From Pocillopora damicornis (Eukaryota): a stretch of DNA of 64,000 nt. The notes below the pieces were generated by a model, which was not told the origin of the DNA, made no database searches, and saw only the letters and a program-made list of their open reading frames with translations. Shown piece after piece: positions 38,507-51,300 of the stretch (its first letter is position 1; the number at the start of each line of letters is the position of its first letter). Both the position numbers and the translations under genes were made by a program. The stretch is from assembly GCF_003704095.1 (NCBI RefSeq), contig NW_020846920.1, positions 62,001-126,000 on the forward strand, in the 5' to 3' direction.

Positions 38507-39375
38507 ACTGACAAATCATAATACTAAATGTGGCTTTTTTTTTCCTTTGAAGGGGGTTTAAGGGGTTCGTTTTAAGACAACTTTCCGTTTTTGAATTTTA
38601 GTCGTTTTTAAAGATTGACTTTCGCGTTGCTTTCCATTTTTATGCTTAAGGCAGATGTATCAGTAGATAGTTTCAATTTTCCACGGCCAGTTGAGAGTTA
38701 CTCTCCTTAAGGAAGTTGCTAAAACAGACGGGTATTTCCCTCTGTACCTTACTGCCATATTAAATGTTATCTCCAGAGAATAAAGCATTTGCACACACAT
38801 CTACACAGAAAGTACCTGTTTATTTTATATTGAGCTAAATTTTTCACGACACGCAAGATTTTTCAAATGAAAGGATTTCTCGGTAAATAGAAAAACTCCT
38901 AAAATGCTTCAAATTCAACATACAAAAAGGCTAAAATTGACAATTTAAATTCTATTTACTAAACTTGGGGCAATTAGACAGAATTTTTTTTTAAACTTAT
39001 ATTGCCCTGATCTGCCTCGGTTTGTGCCACAGGAGAAAACTCAGAGGAAAGTTTTCAAGAATCAAATATTCTTAATCTTCAACAAAGAGATTTAGAAGTA
39101 AAGGGAAATTCCCAGTGTTCCCAACAAAAAAATTCTTGCAAGAGGACTAACATAGAAAAGGGGTAGCATAAAAGTTAACTGCCTTATGCTGGTAAGGCTG
39201 AATAGTAGACAGATAGTAAATTTGTCTGGGGAAAGATCCAAGCCATTCGTTTTTTATCAAAGAAGGCTTATTTCATGATTTGCTTTGCTAAGTCGTTATA
39301 CCACATGCGTCCAATAAATATCAATTCAAAAGTTTCATTATCTTGTAAGGTTCTCATCCGTGTCAGACATGTTTA

Positions 39376-42300
39376 CTAATTCACGTCAGACAATAGCAGT
39401 GACAGCTCGCTTTTGGAAAGTTTTCCATCATTGTCTTTATCGCTGACTCCAAGTACGACTTCCTTCATTTTTTCCAGCTCTGAAGCATTGTCAGGTTCCT
39501 GAAAACGATCAAAAAATTAAATTTAGTGAAATACAACACGATGTAACGGCGAGCGAAATTTAATCACGCGCAGAGTAAGTAACATGAAAGACTCCTTTCG
39601 AAGATTTGAGTTTCCTCTTACCAGTCCCATCCGTTTCATGACGTCACGCAGAAGAACCAACAGTTCAGAGCCTTCAATCTCACCGTTGTTATCCTACGGG
39701 AAAAAAAGACGTCAACCAAAATTAAGACAAAAACTTAATTTCCTTCTTGACGTAAATAAGATGCGAAGACAATTTTGCTAAAAGTCTGAATATTATACAA
39801 GAGCAGAAGTGTTTGAAACACGATGTGTCCAGCTAAAGCAAGGCCACTATGAATTTTTCATTAAATCCTTCAGCAATTTCTTTTCTATTTTCTGCATTTC
39901 AGCTTTACCTCACGCAATTTGGAACATACAAAACGTTAGCCTTATAACGAATGTGACTTGTCAACACCGCAATTCACCGTCAATGACAAGATAACGCACT
40001 CTTAGACGCAATCAACTTCTTTAACACCCTACCTCATCATAATGGTCGAACACTGCGTCGAAGTCCTCCTTTGATAAACATTTCTTTCCCTAAAGATAGT
40101 TGTAGTATGAGTGTGGAACAAAGAGCAAAAATATCAATACCAAAAGTCATTTTATGACGGCTAGAACGCTTGTATTGGTTATTATCAGTAGCTTGATTGA
40201 AGGCAGCTCGAAATAGTTTCGCTATTCTTAAAGATCAATTCTTCTATTAATGGTTGCTTGGAGAAGAAATTGTCGGAAAACGATATGGACACATTTTTCC
40301 TTTAAACTTGCAAACGATGAATCTTCAAAAGCTATTTGCAATTTATTGACAAAATTGTGGTACGCAGCAATCGGCAAGTTAGAGCAAAACAACAATAAAC
40401 AAACAGGGAGAAAGAAAAACGAAACAAACTAGTGCATAATGAGGCGGATATATTGTACCTGAAACCTGGCAAAGAAGTTCTCCTCAGGAGGCAGGATCCT
40501 ACACCATAAAAGATGATTGAAAATAAGCTTTAGATAAAAGGCTCTCGAAGCGAAATCCAATGGACTACGCAGTTGGAGAGCTCTCACTTACTCGTATCTT
40601 GCGCCAATGGGGACCAGAATTGACTTCCTCAGCTGTGCCTTATACATACTACCTTTTAACTCTCTCTAATTCCAACTTCATGCTACATAAATCGTTAGCA
40701 GTTTTCAATAATTCGAGGTAAGTTTTAGAATACGTGGCAGGTCAAGATAAATTATCATAGAGTCCAAAATGTAGAACAGTAAACAGTGTATTTTCCTTGA
40801 TAATGCCTTCTCCAAAACGTTGATTTTTGTAACCTATTTGTGAAAATACGGGGTCTTTTTTTTTTTTTAAACACAATTGATTAAATGACAGTAAAATCAT
40901 TTGCTAGTCATGTTGTTTTGGTGTTACAACAAATGAAATATCATACTAAATTAATGAAGCCTTACATAGCAAGTTCTTTTAATCCAATTTTTCCGTCGTT
41001 GTTTTCGTCGTAGCGATCCATCTAAAAATTAAAAAATTCTGAAAAATGTAATCTGTATACATTGAAGAGTCAAAAGAAGAAGTTTTGAACCAAATTTAAA
41101 TGTCACTTTCCTATGTACTAGAGAACAACAACTCTTCGTGATTCAAAAAACAAGGACTCAAGGGCGGGGATTTGGTAGGCATGATATTTCAAAATTCATT
41201 GGTTCAATGGTCAGTATTGGAAGCAATATTTGTTGTGTAGTAACTTCGATCATGGAGAACAAAATATCAATACCAAAAGTCATTTTATGACGGCTAGAAC
41301 GCTTGTATTGCATACATGAAAAGAAAAGTTAAAAAAAAAAAAAATTTTGCTTATTCTTACTATGAAATTTTTGTAGTCCGAAATTCGCTGCGGGGACACA
41401 GTTTGATCGTCTGCTTTCAGCAAATCTTTTAAAAACGCCTCGATTTCGTCTCCCTCCATGTACCCATTCTTGTCACTATCATAGTGATTCCAGATCTGCA
41501 AGGTAAAGAAAAGGGAAAAGAAAAACAACAAAACAAATATTCAACTAATTAATTAATCGATCAATGAAATATAAAATAATTTATCTCATAATAACCAGTA
41601 AGTATCTCCCTTGGGAAAAGTTGCTGTTACAAAGATGAGAGTTTTGAGTGAACGTGGGTTTTTCTCTCGAAGAGGAAAATGAGCATCGCGTTTGCAAAAA
41701 TCTGGAAATAAATTTAAAACAGTTATCTCTATTCACTCTCTTTTAATTTTCTCGATTTCCTTTAATTTCCAAGCTTTCCTTATGTAACGTATAGAGTCAA
41801 GGGCCACTGCTTTCATTGATCCCAGAATAAGCTTTCCTTTTTTCATCCCGCAATTGATGCTAACATTCCATTTTTAAAAGAAAAGTAATAATTTTTTTCA
41901 ACTCCAAAAACCTCCTCTAGCAGAGGAGGTTTCCTTGGAAGAAAAACTAGATCTTTAGTTTTGCATAAGACCATCTTGCAACAACAAAACGTCTTACGGT
42001 CCAAAATGGTTGGGGAGCTCGTGAATTTTATAATACCTATACTCACTTATTACAGATGAAACTCGTAGATGCTAACAAGAGAATTCGGAGGTAGACTATT
42101 TGGCGGTACAAAAAAATAAACGTTATGACATGGTAGTCGTACCGACACTGCGTTAGTTTATCCCATTTCTGTTTCCATGAGCTTACGGATTCTGCTCCAT
42201 GACAGGATGCAATGCATGGGCTTAAAACTATCACCACTGCTTTATCAAATTCGGATAATGTTGACATTCCATGACAAACAACGCCTACATGTGTAATGGA

Positions 42301-45300
42301 CATAAAAGTTGATACATGACTTCCTTTCTCACCTTTATGAATTGGATACTGTCCATTGTCTTACTTGAGAACTCTGCTCGAAACTGCTTCAAGTAGTTTT
42401 CCTCTGTAGGAAGAATGTTTTCGAGCTAAAATTCAGGGAAAGACTACATAAGTAAGTGCTCTAGTGAAAACAAAATCGAGAATACTTTGTACATTATTTG
42501 GGTCGAAAGAGCTAAGGTGTTGCTCACGAATATCTGATCCTTTGAAAGGGTGTCAAAAATAATCGAGCTAAAAATGCAAAAGGTGATGGAAACTACTGTT
42601 GGTTGTCGCTTCATCGGTGACACCAACAAACTACCAGTTAACAAGGATCATTAACCATGAATTGGAAGACATCAACGATAAAAGAGTAGCAGTCAGGAGT
42701 CATTTAGAGAAGGTTGATACATGAAGAAGAACCTCGTTAAGAGTCAAGTTATAATGGTTTTCACCTGAGGCGCACAAAATGAAATAACAGTTACATCAAA
42801 TGTATCCTTGTGAAGCCACAAAGTTAATTAATGGTACACTTCTGGTGCTTACCTCATCCATACTTATTTTGCCGTCACAGTTGTCATCATACTTTTCTAG
42901 CACATACTCCTTGAATTTCTCAAGTTCCTCTGGTGATGGTGTCTTCAAAAGGAAAAAAGTGCAGAGACGTTTACTCAATTTTTACTTCCCGAGAGCAATG
43001 AGGCTTTATACAGTAGTTTTCCCAAACTTCAAAGCATGGCAAAGAAATATCATATTTTTCCTGCGCCTTTCGTAAGTTGTGTGATAACTTTTCAATTAAA
43101 TCGCCTCTTCATGGCCAACTATCCCCAAAATTTGGATGTACATTGTGCTCCAAAGATATATCTGCTCATCAGACATCTGAGATGCTTTGAGGCTTATTTC
43201 ATCAATAATTTTAACATTTTAACAATATGACTCGCTAAAGTGCAAATCTATGCACAGCATATCATCAGAGAAGAACCTTAAACCATTAAGGCGCTGTTCA
43301 CGTCTGTGTAGTTTTTTTACTTGTAAAAAAATAATCTCCGTGTCAAAAATTTCCGGATACTTGTGGAAGAGGCGTGAGAGAAAACGCCCGAAATTCTCAC
43401 GACACTGATACCTTTGTGATCGGTTATTTTATATTTAATAAAAAAGACATGATATCGATAATTACCTCTCAGTCTGCAAGGAGCTATGATCAATTTCAAA
43501 CTCAACATGCTACCAAATAGTCCTTTTCATACTCTCATTCGAAGCAGTTTGCACAACCGCAAAAATTAAACAGAATCATGGGTGATATATAGAAAAAAAT
43601 TCCCACAAAGGGTGAAAGAAGGATCATCATGAATGGTGCCCAAATAGGAGCTATTCATGAGATACCGATTTAGCCATTCAATACGCGCTATTTTACATCA
43701 CCCGTTGTGAGTATTAGCCACATTTTTCCCCCAGTGTTTTGATGAAGATCGCTTAAAGAGATACCTTTATAAATTATTGATTCAATTAACTTTTAACCAC
43801 AAACGGCCGGCTCGTTCATGGAGAGCGAACTATATAGGTAAATCTAAAGCCACACTGAACGCTAACCGCGTTCGAAACGAATTTTCACATTTTGCATATT
43901 CCTTCATGATAAATTTCCTCAAGTTCTTTATTTTCCAAGACGTACACAAAACGGTCGAGGGGAGAACTTATAGTGTAATACTGAAGGAACATTATTCAAT
44001 TTAGCATAAACAAAACGAAAAGTAAAAAGCCACAGTAGTCGACAAAAAGGGTTTCTTTGATAAGATAAGATCATTCCAAGGTTACTTTGGTTACAACTGA
44101 ACATTCTTTTTTACCGGCAAACCTCGAAAGTGCAACGGATTTGACAGATTTTTTAATGTTATCAGTCAGAAATTACTTTTATTTTGAAAGGTGTTCTTCA
44201 AATGCGACGTACCAATTTTCGATAGCTTGAACTGTGATTGGTTGTATTTTCTTCATTTTAAGGTCGAAATTGGATTCTGTAAAGAGGAGAAAAAATGTAC
44301 GCCAAGTTGTGTCTTCCAAGAATTCTTGAAAATTCGAAGGAAAGTAAATAGCATTTGATTGACGTTTTGAACGCAGGGTCGATGACCCGATATCTATGGC
44401 GATAATTCCAACCAACGCAACGAGAGCAGATTTACAATGGCTATTGTATTTTGATAAGGCATCGAAGATAATTCTGCGGTGTAGCCTCCCTGAAATATTA
44501 ATAAGGAACAAGAAAATCACCCTTAAAACGATAATTGCTACATTCGTTTATTATCAACACAGTGCGATGAGATGCAGTCCATAGATACTTCTGGATAAAT
44601 AAACAAAAACGCCCTCACACTTGTCTGGAAATACTTTTAAGTAAATTTTACTATGCTGTCTATCTATCTATATATATCTATATATGTTTTTTTTTCTTTT
44701 TCGTCCACAACTCAGTAAGGTTTCACATGAGCCCATTTGAGTTCCACCGTAAACTACCGAAACGAAGTACATATAACAACAATTGAAACGTCTCTATCTT
44801 CCCTATAGGCTTACAAATCATTTAAGGTTAAGGTGCACTGATTAAAATTAGTAAAAATAGCAACATCTATATATTTCATGACTCTTGTTTTATTTCGGCA
44901 TCGTTTTTTATCATTGATCGCGGAACACGATCCCATGAGATTTTAGAAGGATCGTAAAAATAACTTTTTATATAAAGACTTGTCAAAACGAAACAATAAG
45001 ATCTTTCCCTATTTTATTTTGCAAAAGTGGAAAAAATTCATAGGAAAAATTCAATACTGAAAGTAAGCGAGCGTCTCCATAAATAAATGATGTGCATCGT
45101 ATGGAAAAGCTCTTCGACCAATAAAATCTGCTTTGTTGTCATAATTACGAAAGATCGGCGTGATAAAGGTAATGCGTAAAACGCCTTCACGATTAAATCT
45201 TTGCAGAAGATCAGTTCGTCTTGAAAATGTAATTCACTGAGTACTTTTGCAAATGTGAAATTCGTGCTAAAAGATAGCTGTTTTCGAATCCCAAATGAAT

Positions 45301-46378
45301 CGTTCTGTAATTAGCTCGCTCAGAGAAAAAACCCAAAATTCATTAAATAGTTATTAGGTTGGAAAACTTAAATATAACGAGAACCAACTGCTCACTACTA
45401 AAAGGATTCATAAAATACAGTATTTAATCTGTAAACTTTCAGGTACTTTTGTAAACATTTTATTAATGCATTCAGCAGGGCAAAAATTTTAAGAAATACC
45501 GCAGGAAACGCGTAATGACGTGAGCAAAGGCGGGTAAGAAATGCATGGCCGTGATTCTGTATTTAAATCATTTAACATTTTCTAAGCAAAACAACATTGG
45601 TTTTGTAATTGCTGCATATTAAATTAAACGAAAATTACAACGCGAGATTAAATTTATGCAATATTCACGGACAACTAAGCTAAATATTACAAGCGAGCCA
45701 GTTTAAAAGAATTGAATGTCTGTTCAATAATAAAAAAAATTATATAAGAAACACTTCAAAATAGGAAATCCTCATGGATCAGTAAAACTATTTTAACCGC
45801 TTGACCTCGAAAACATCGAAAAGCTTACGACGATCTATACAAGATCGCCCCTGGAAGTTATTAAAATCACAGATCTCGAGATGAAAATTTGCCAGTGTGA
45901 GTACCTGATACGACAAGAATATTCACATTTGTTGGGCTTTAAAGGAAAAAGATACATATATTAACAGCGATTTGCAAGATCATTTGAACAATTCGTAGAG
46001 TGCGGTGAAAAAGCCTCAGGTTCACAGTTCGTACCAAAATATTCTAAAATTCAATGTAATAAACAAATATATGTCACCGTGTAAAGCGCTTTTATTACCT
46101 CGTTGCCTGTCTCCTGCAGGAGAGTCACCAAAAACGTATTCAGCTCGTCTGCTTCTATGTAACCATTCCCTGAAAACAAAAGAGGGATGCCAGATAATTT
46201 TTTCATGTGACTCAACTAATCGTTCATTCAACACGCTCGAGATGGGCAATTTTTAATTCTACTTTGGTTAATTCTTACCGTCTTTGTCAAATTCCTTGAA
46301 GACTTTCACGAATTCTTCTGACGTTAGTTTCGCATCGCTATTAAATTGCAGCATACAAGCATCCTTACCGGCCTCCAT
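39376..46378 (-). CDS. Hexa-EF-hand calbindin/calretinin/secretagogin-like protein (10 exons)
   Basis: MEAGKDACMLQFNSDAKLTSEEFVKVFKEFDKDG|NGYIEADELNTFL..|..KYDDNCDGKISMDE|LENILPTEENYLKQFR..|IWNHYDSDKNGYMEGDEIEAFLKDLL..|MDRYDENNDGKIGLKELAM|ILPPEENFFARFQ|GKKCLSKEDFDAVFDHYDE|DNNGEIEGSELL..|..DKDNDGKLSKSELSLLLSDVN*; has the LPxEENF family linker motifs. Confidence 0.92.
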
Positions 46379-48307
46379 GATGATTGCCCGCAAGACCAAA
46401 ATAACATTCGCTCTGAGCGAGAAGCGATCTTTAATGTTGTGTACAACCCTGACGCATGCGTGCTGGGGCGCTTGTCTCTCCCGCTAATAATATTCAAGTT
46501 TGCGTCTGAGTGCCTGAGACAGGTGTAATGACTCCACGCAAATTTAAACAAAAACTCTGAAGGAGAACGCATCTAGCAGGATTACCTCTTCCAAAGTTCT
46601 AAATAAGTGGGTATCGATTACATTTCAGGAGAGTAATGTGGAGAACGAAAGGCAAAAATGCACTTGAAATCACCAAGGTGGTCTCTGAAACCAGAGAAAA
46701 AGGGTCAAAAGATAAAAACACACATCAAAGGAGCTTTGTTTTGAATCTAATGCAAATCAGATATGCAAATCAACCAATGGTTGTTTTAGATTCTAGTTTG
46801 AACAAAAGGTCCAAACGTTGTTATTCAAATGTTCTGTTCGAATTCGTGAATGATTTAATTTTTCTTTCTTCTTTGTTTTCTTACCGATGGACACATCTTC
46901 TCGTAGGATTTTTTTCTAAATCACGAGTATCATGTCTCTGTATAATTCATGAGACCTGGAACGCACCTTCAGTCGAAGAAATGGAAATACGTCAGACTTT
47001 TCGGGATCAGTAGTGCTTTACATAAAAAGATTTTTACCTAAATTGTTTGAAGCGAACCGTTAACGTAGTAACAAAATAGAGTTCATGTTTTGAAACGATG
47101 TTGCGGTCACAGTGAACAGATTTGAAGGTTGAAGTAGAGAGGAGAGATTTTACTCGAGTCAAGTGGATAGAACACGCTAGCGAAAAAAAAAAATAAAATA
47201 AAAAAAAAATAATGCGACGACTCCTATTGAATTTAACAACTGGTCAACATCAAATTAAATTCGCATCTTAAATAAATGAGTCACATTGCTTCGTACGATG
47301 CAAAAGTTGACAAACGGAGATAAGGAAAACCACAACGCATTATGGAAACAAGCAAAAGAAGCCTAAAATTTTGGTGAATGTAGGCGAGACGGCTAAGTGT
47401 TGCCAATCTTTTTAAATGTACTTGTATGACCGTAAAATAAATCAAAAAGTTTGATAAAATAAATGACTAATTTTTTTCAACTTTCATTATCAGTACCGAT
47501 GAACTGACAGAATATTTGCAGAGATTAACTTTGTTATGCTGTTGTTTTCGGCAGATGGTTTTGATAAAGCTCTAATCTTTTCTTCCTGTCAAAATTTAGG
47601 AACGAAATATGATTTTTTTTCATTTTGATAGATCTGGACAAGTGTACATGTTTGACCATGTTAACGTATTAAGGAACCCTACGCCTGGCCTTGAGATGGA
47701 ATAATATGGGAACGAAAAGTTAGCCGAGTCTAGAAGTTTCTTAAGACAAGCATGTCACCAATTCGGGATGCAAAGTAATAAATCTACGTTAATATAGCCC
47801 GCTGGATATGAGATCACAGATAGATAATAAATGAGTGGAAAAAGACCAATGCAGCGACGAGTTGGAAACTTGTCAACCTTTCCCATCGAGGATAAGTCGA
47901 ATAATTGTTTCTTTTAATAGCAACATTATTGATTCCCTTCAATACTAATTTTTACTTAAGAGTTGTAAAGTTACAGCTTGCAAGCTGAATTAATAACCAG
48001 AACTGAGTTTATTTATCAGTTTGGAGAGGTGATAAAGGATAAACCCACAATTAAAAAATGAAATAATATATAATTTGACCGGTCAATGATGATTGATGAG
48101 ATGACACCTTTATGTAAAATGTTATTAGAGAAAATGTTTTTTTTTTCGTTTTGGTGGAGGAGGTCAAAAATATAAAGACAGTATTAGAATTACTTTTTCT
48201 GTCACAAGGTGCAGAAAATCCAAAGCAAAATCATCGATCGCGGATCCAAGTTGAGCGATGATGAAGTTGATTGTAATCCTGATAATAAGCAAATCACTGT
48301 GGCATTC

Positions 48308-51300
48308 TTATTTTCGCATGGCGATCATGGAATTCACCTCTATCCAGGCGAAGGACCACCCAACAATCCGTTCAGGTGGAACACCTCGTTGGGCCCATAC
48401 ACTTGTATCTAAACTAAATAATTGAAGGAAAAAAAAATTAAAAAAACAAAAAAAAAAGCAATGTAACCCTTTAAATCACTTCGTCGCTGAATTTAGTTGG
48501 CTATTATCCCATTGCTGAAAAAAAAAATTGAAAGAAATCTGTTCCTCAGAACATTTTGGACTCAAACGTAGCCTTTTTTTGAAAGAATTTTTGGTGAGAT
48601 TCGAAACACTGTCCCTATAATGGTTAGATTCAGTACCAATTTGGTGTTCGTTAACCTTACAGACGTTTAAATCAAGGTTTCACTCTGATTCTCCAATATG
48701 ATAAAAATGACCTGTTACAAAAATATGTTGACATACCTTCGTTAATACGCATCTGAGAACCAATTAAAGTTCCTACGATGTTTCTTCCTCTTTGAACCAA
48801 AGCTTTTCAACATACTCTCGACGAAGTCAGCATCTTTTTGCTTTGTGGACTATTGAAGTTAATGGTAAGGATAACATTTAAATCAGCTAAATTTAAATAT
48901 TTCAACATAACATTTCAATCGACAAATGACCAACAAACAACTTGATTATTGGCAATCAGTTGGAAAATAATAAATTTGACACATTAAAGTAAAATCGCTT
49001 GCATACATCCGGTAAAGAAACATTCCACATTCAGCCACCATGAAAAGGTTATCAAACGTATGAAGCGGGTAAGTTTCTGAAGAAACTGTAGTGCTGCGTT
49101 CTTTACGGAGGCCAATTAACGTTATCAACTCAGTTGATAACACTAAATTACACTATCAAATGTATGAACATAGTTCTCCATTTTGAAATTAATACCTCGC
49201 CTTCTCGATTGAGTGAATCGCCTTTTTCAACAGGAATCTATTTTAAAAAATTAATCAACAAATCAGTAAAATTAAAAAAGCTCAAAATCAAAATGAGGCC
49301 ACTGTTTTTAACCCCGTTACCCCACAAACAAAATACCTATGTTAGCACATACTTGAAACTTGTATAAGAATCGGCTTGTTAGCAAGTCTTTTAGAGGAAG
49401 TAAACATGTTATTGGAGCTAACGCGGTAGTTATCGTTTAATGACAACAAATATACATGGCTAAGTTACAATTTATTTCTAATTACAGGTTTTGATTTATT
49501 TTATTAATCAACGCTTGTAACTCATATTTTTTAATCTAAAATCAACCTTTAGTAAAGTTTAGGGTAGTTCGATAAATTGACTCTGAGTTCGTGCTGGTCA
49601 AGGAATAAATGAATAAATGAATAAAACAGCAAAAACTTACTTGAAAAGATGGAAGAGAGCCAAACGTCGGAGTTCTTAACGTGAAAGGTTCTTCTTCCTC
49701 AGACGACTTGTTTCCCTCTGTGTAAACAGTAGATCAAGCAAACGGTTTCATATTTTTTTACCTAGAATTCTATAGAGTACCTCCACCTGGTTTACATACG
49801 CCCCTCGGTTCAAATGAAGGACAGTCGTCGTTGTCCTTCTTTCGATATAGCAGCTGTGCCTGGGTATTTTTTGCTGAATGATTTTAAAGTCTACTGCTTC
49901 ACTTGCCGATCGCGAAATCCAAAGAACAAATAAACGCCAATTATCGAGGCTTGTTTATACATCAAATAACCACTGAGTCATTGTGAGCAAACAACTTAAG
50001 CACAAACAACAGTTGCGCATTATTGTCCAGTATAGCCCATTAGACCATTTGACCATGATGAATTACAATGCCGGAATTATTCTAAAAAAAAAAAACCATC
50101 ACGAAAATATCAAATTGGAATCAAAGCACAAGATTCGCACTTATTGTCAGCGTACCTGTTGATCCTGACGTGTCCAGAACCAAAGGATCCTGTTGTGAGT
50201 ATAGGAAAGTAGGCTTGGCCAAGGAAATAGTGAGCTATCGAATCACCATAGACAAACAAAAAAAAAGAACAGTTAGTAAATAGGAAACTTCCTTTGAAAG
50301 CGGCTGAAGGAAGTTATAAGACTTTGCTACCACAAGGGCCACAAAATCATCAGTTAAATTACTTTCTAAAGTTACACTTGCTAAATAAAGTCTATCTTAA
50401 CATCTTCATTCTTCTACCAACGTAACGCGTTGCCCTGTGACTTACAGAGTTGTTGCATCGCTGACTTTGAGAGTAACCAGCCTGACTACTGTTGGGTGAG
50501 AATGATGTTCTATCTGCAAAAGAAGAATATATAACAAGCATGTAACGCTATCGTATTCTAGTTTGGGTTGTGAAAGATCAGAGATCCCAAAATAGCGCAG
50601 CCTTTGATTCGGCTGAAAATTTGCAACTACCATCTCGGCGCCAAGAAATTTAGCCACGCTCCTGTTTGATTGTCCCTTTCACTCGTCTGTCTGTCTCTCC
50701 GTCTATCTGTCTTCTTAATACTTTTTTTACTCACTCACCTGGACTAACTGTACCGTCCCCATAAAATACTTCTTTTTCTTGCTTGTCTGATAGGTGTGTC
50801 TTGTGCGAATGATCCTCAGTCTCAGAATGTCTCCTTTTGATAGACTGACGTTTGTCAATTTCAACTAAATCAGCACTTAATTCTTGTGTAAATGGTTGAG
50901 ATACACTCCAAGTGTTTTGGGAGAACAAGGTATCAAATTCAACATTAGAGTTTACCCGGTTGGGCTGTTTGCCAGTTGATGACTTGCTGACGGAGTTTCC
51001 CCGCGAAGACGAAATGGTAGATTCCTTAGAGTTTGTGTTACCTAGAATATTCGGTTTGCTTCCAAAAATTAGAGTTGATTCTTTTTCTGCTTCTTGACAT
51101 GAAAAATAACATGCCGTGTTAACATCAGTCCTCCTCGAGCTAAAAGACTGAGAACTACATTTTCGTCTGCCAGACAAAATTTTATACAGCGTTGTCTCAG
51201 AGTCTTCTTGAGACACTTCCTGAGGTTTAATCTGAGTGTAACACTCTGGAGTTGGAGAAAGAACACCTGATAAGCCGGGCGGTGTGGTGACTTCATCAAA

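Noticed and set aside
39103-39113. kB-like site GGGAAATTCCC (similar at about 53418)
   Set aside because: Isolated 10-11-mers in a 3' intergenic or intronic position; no supporting context.
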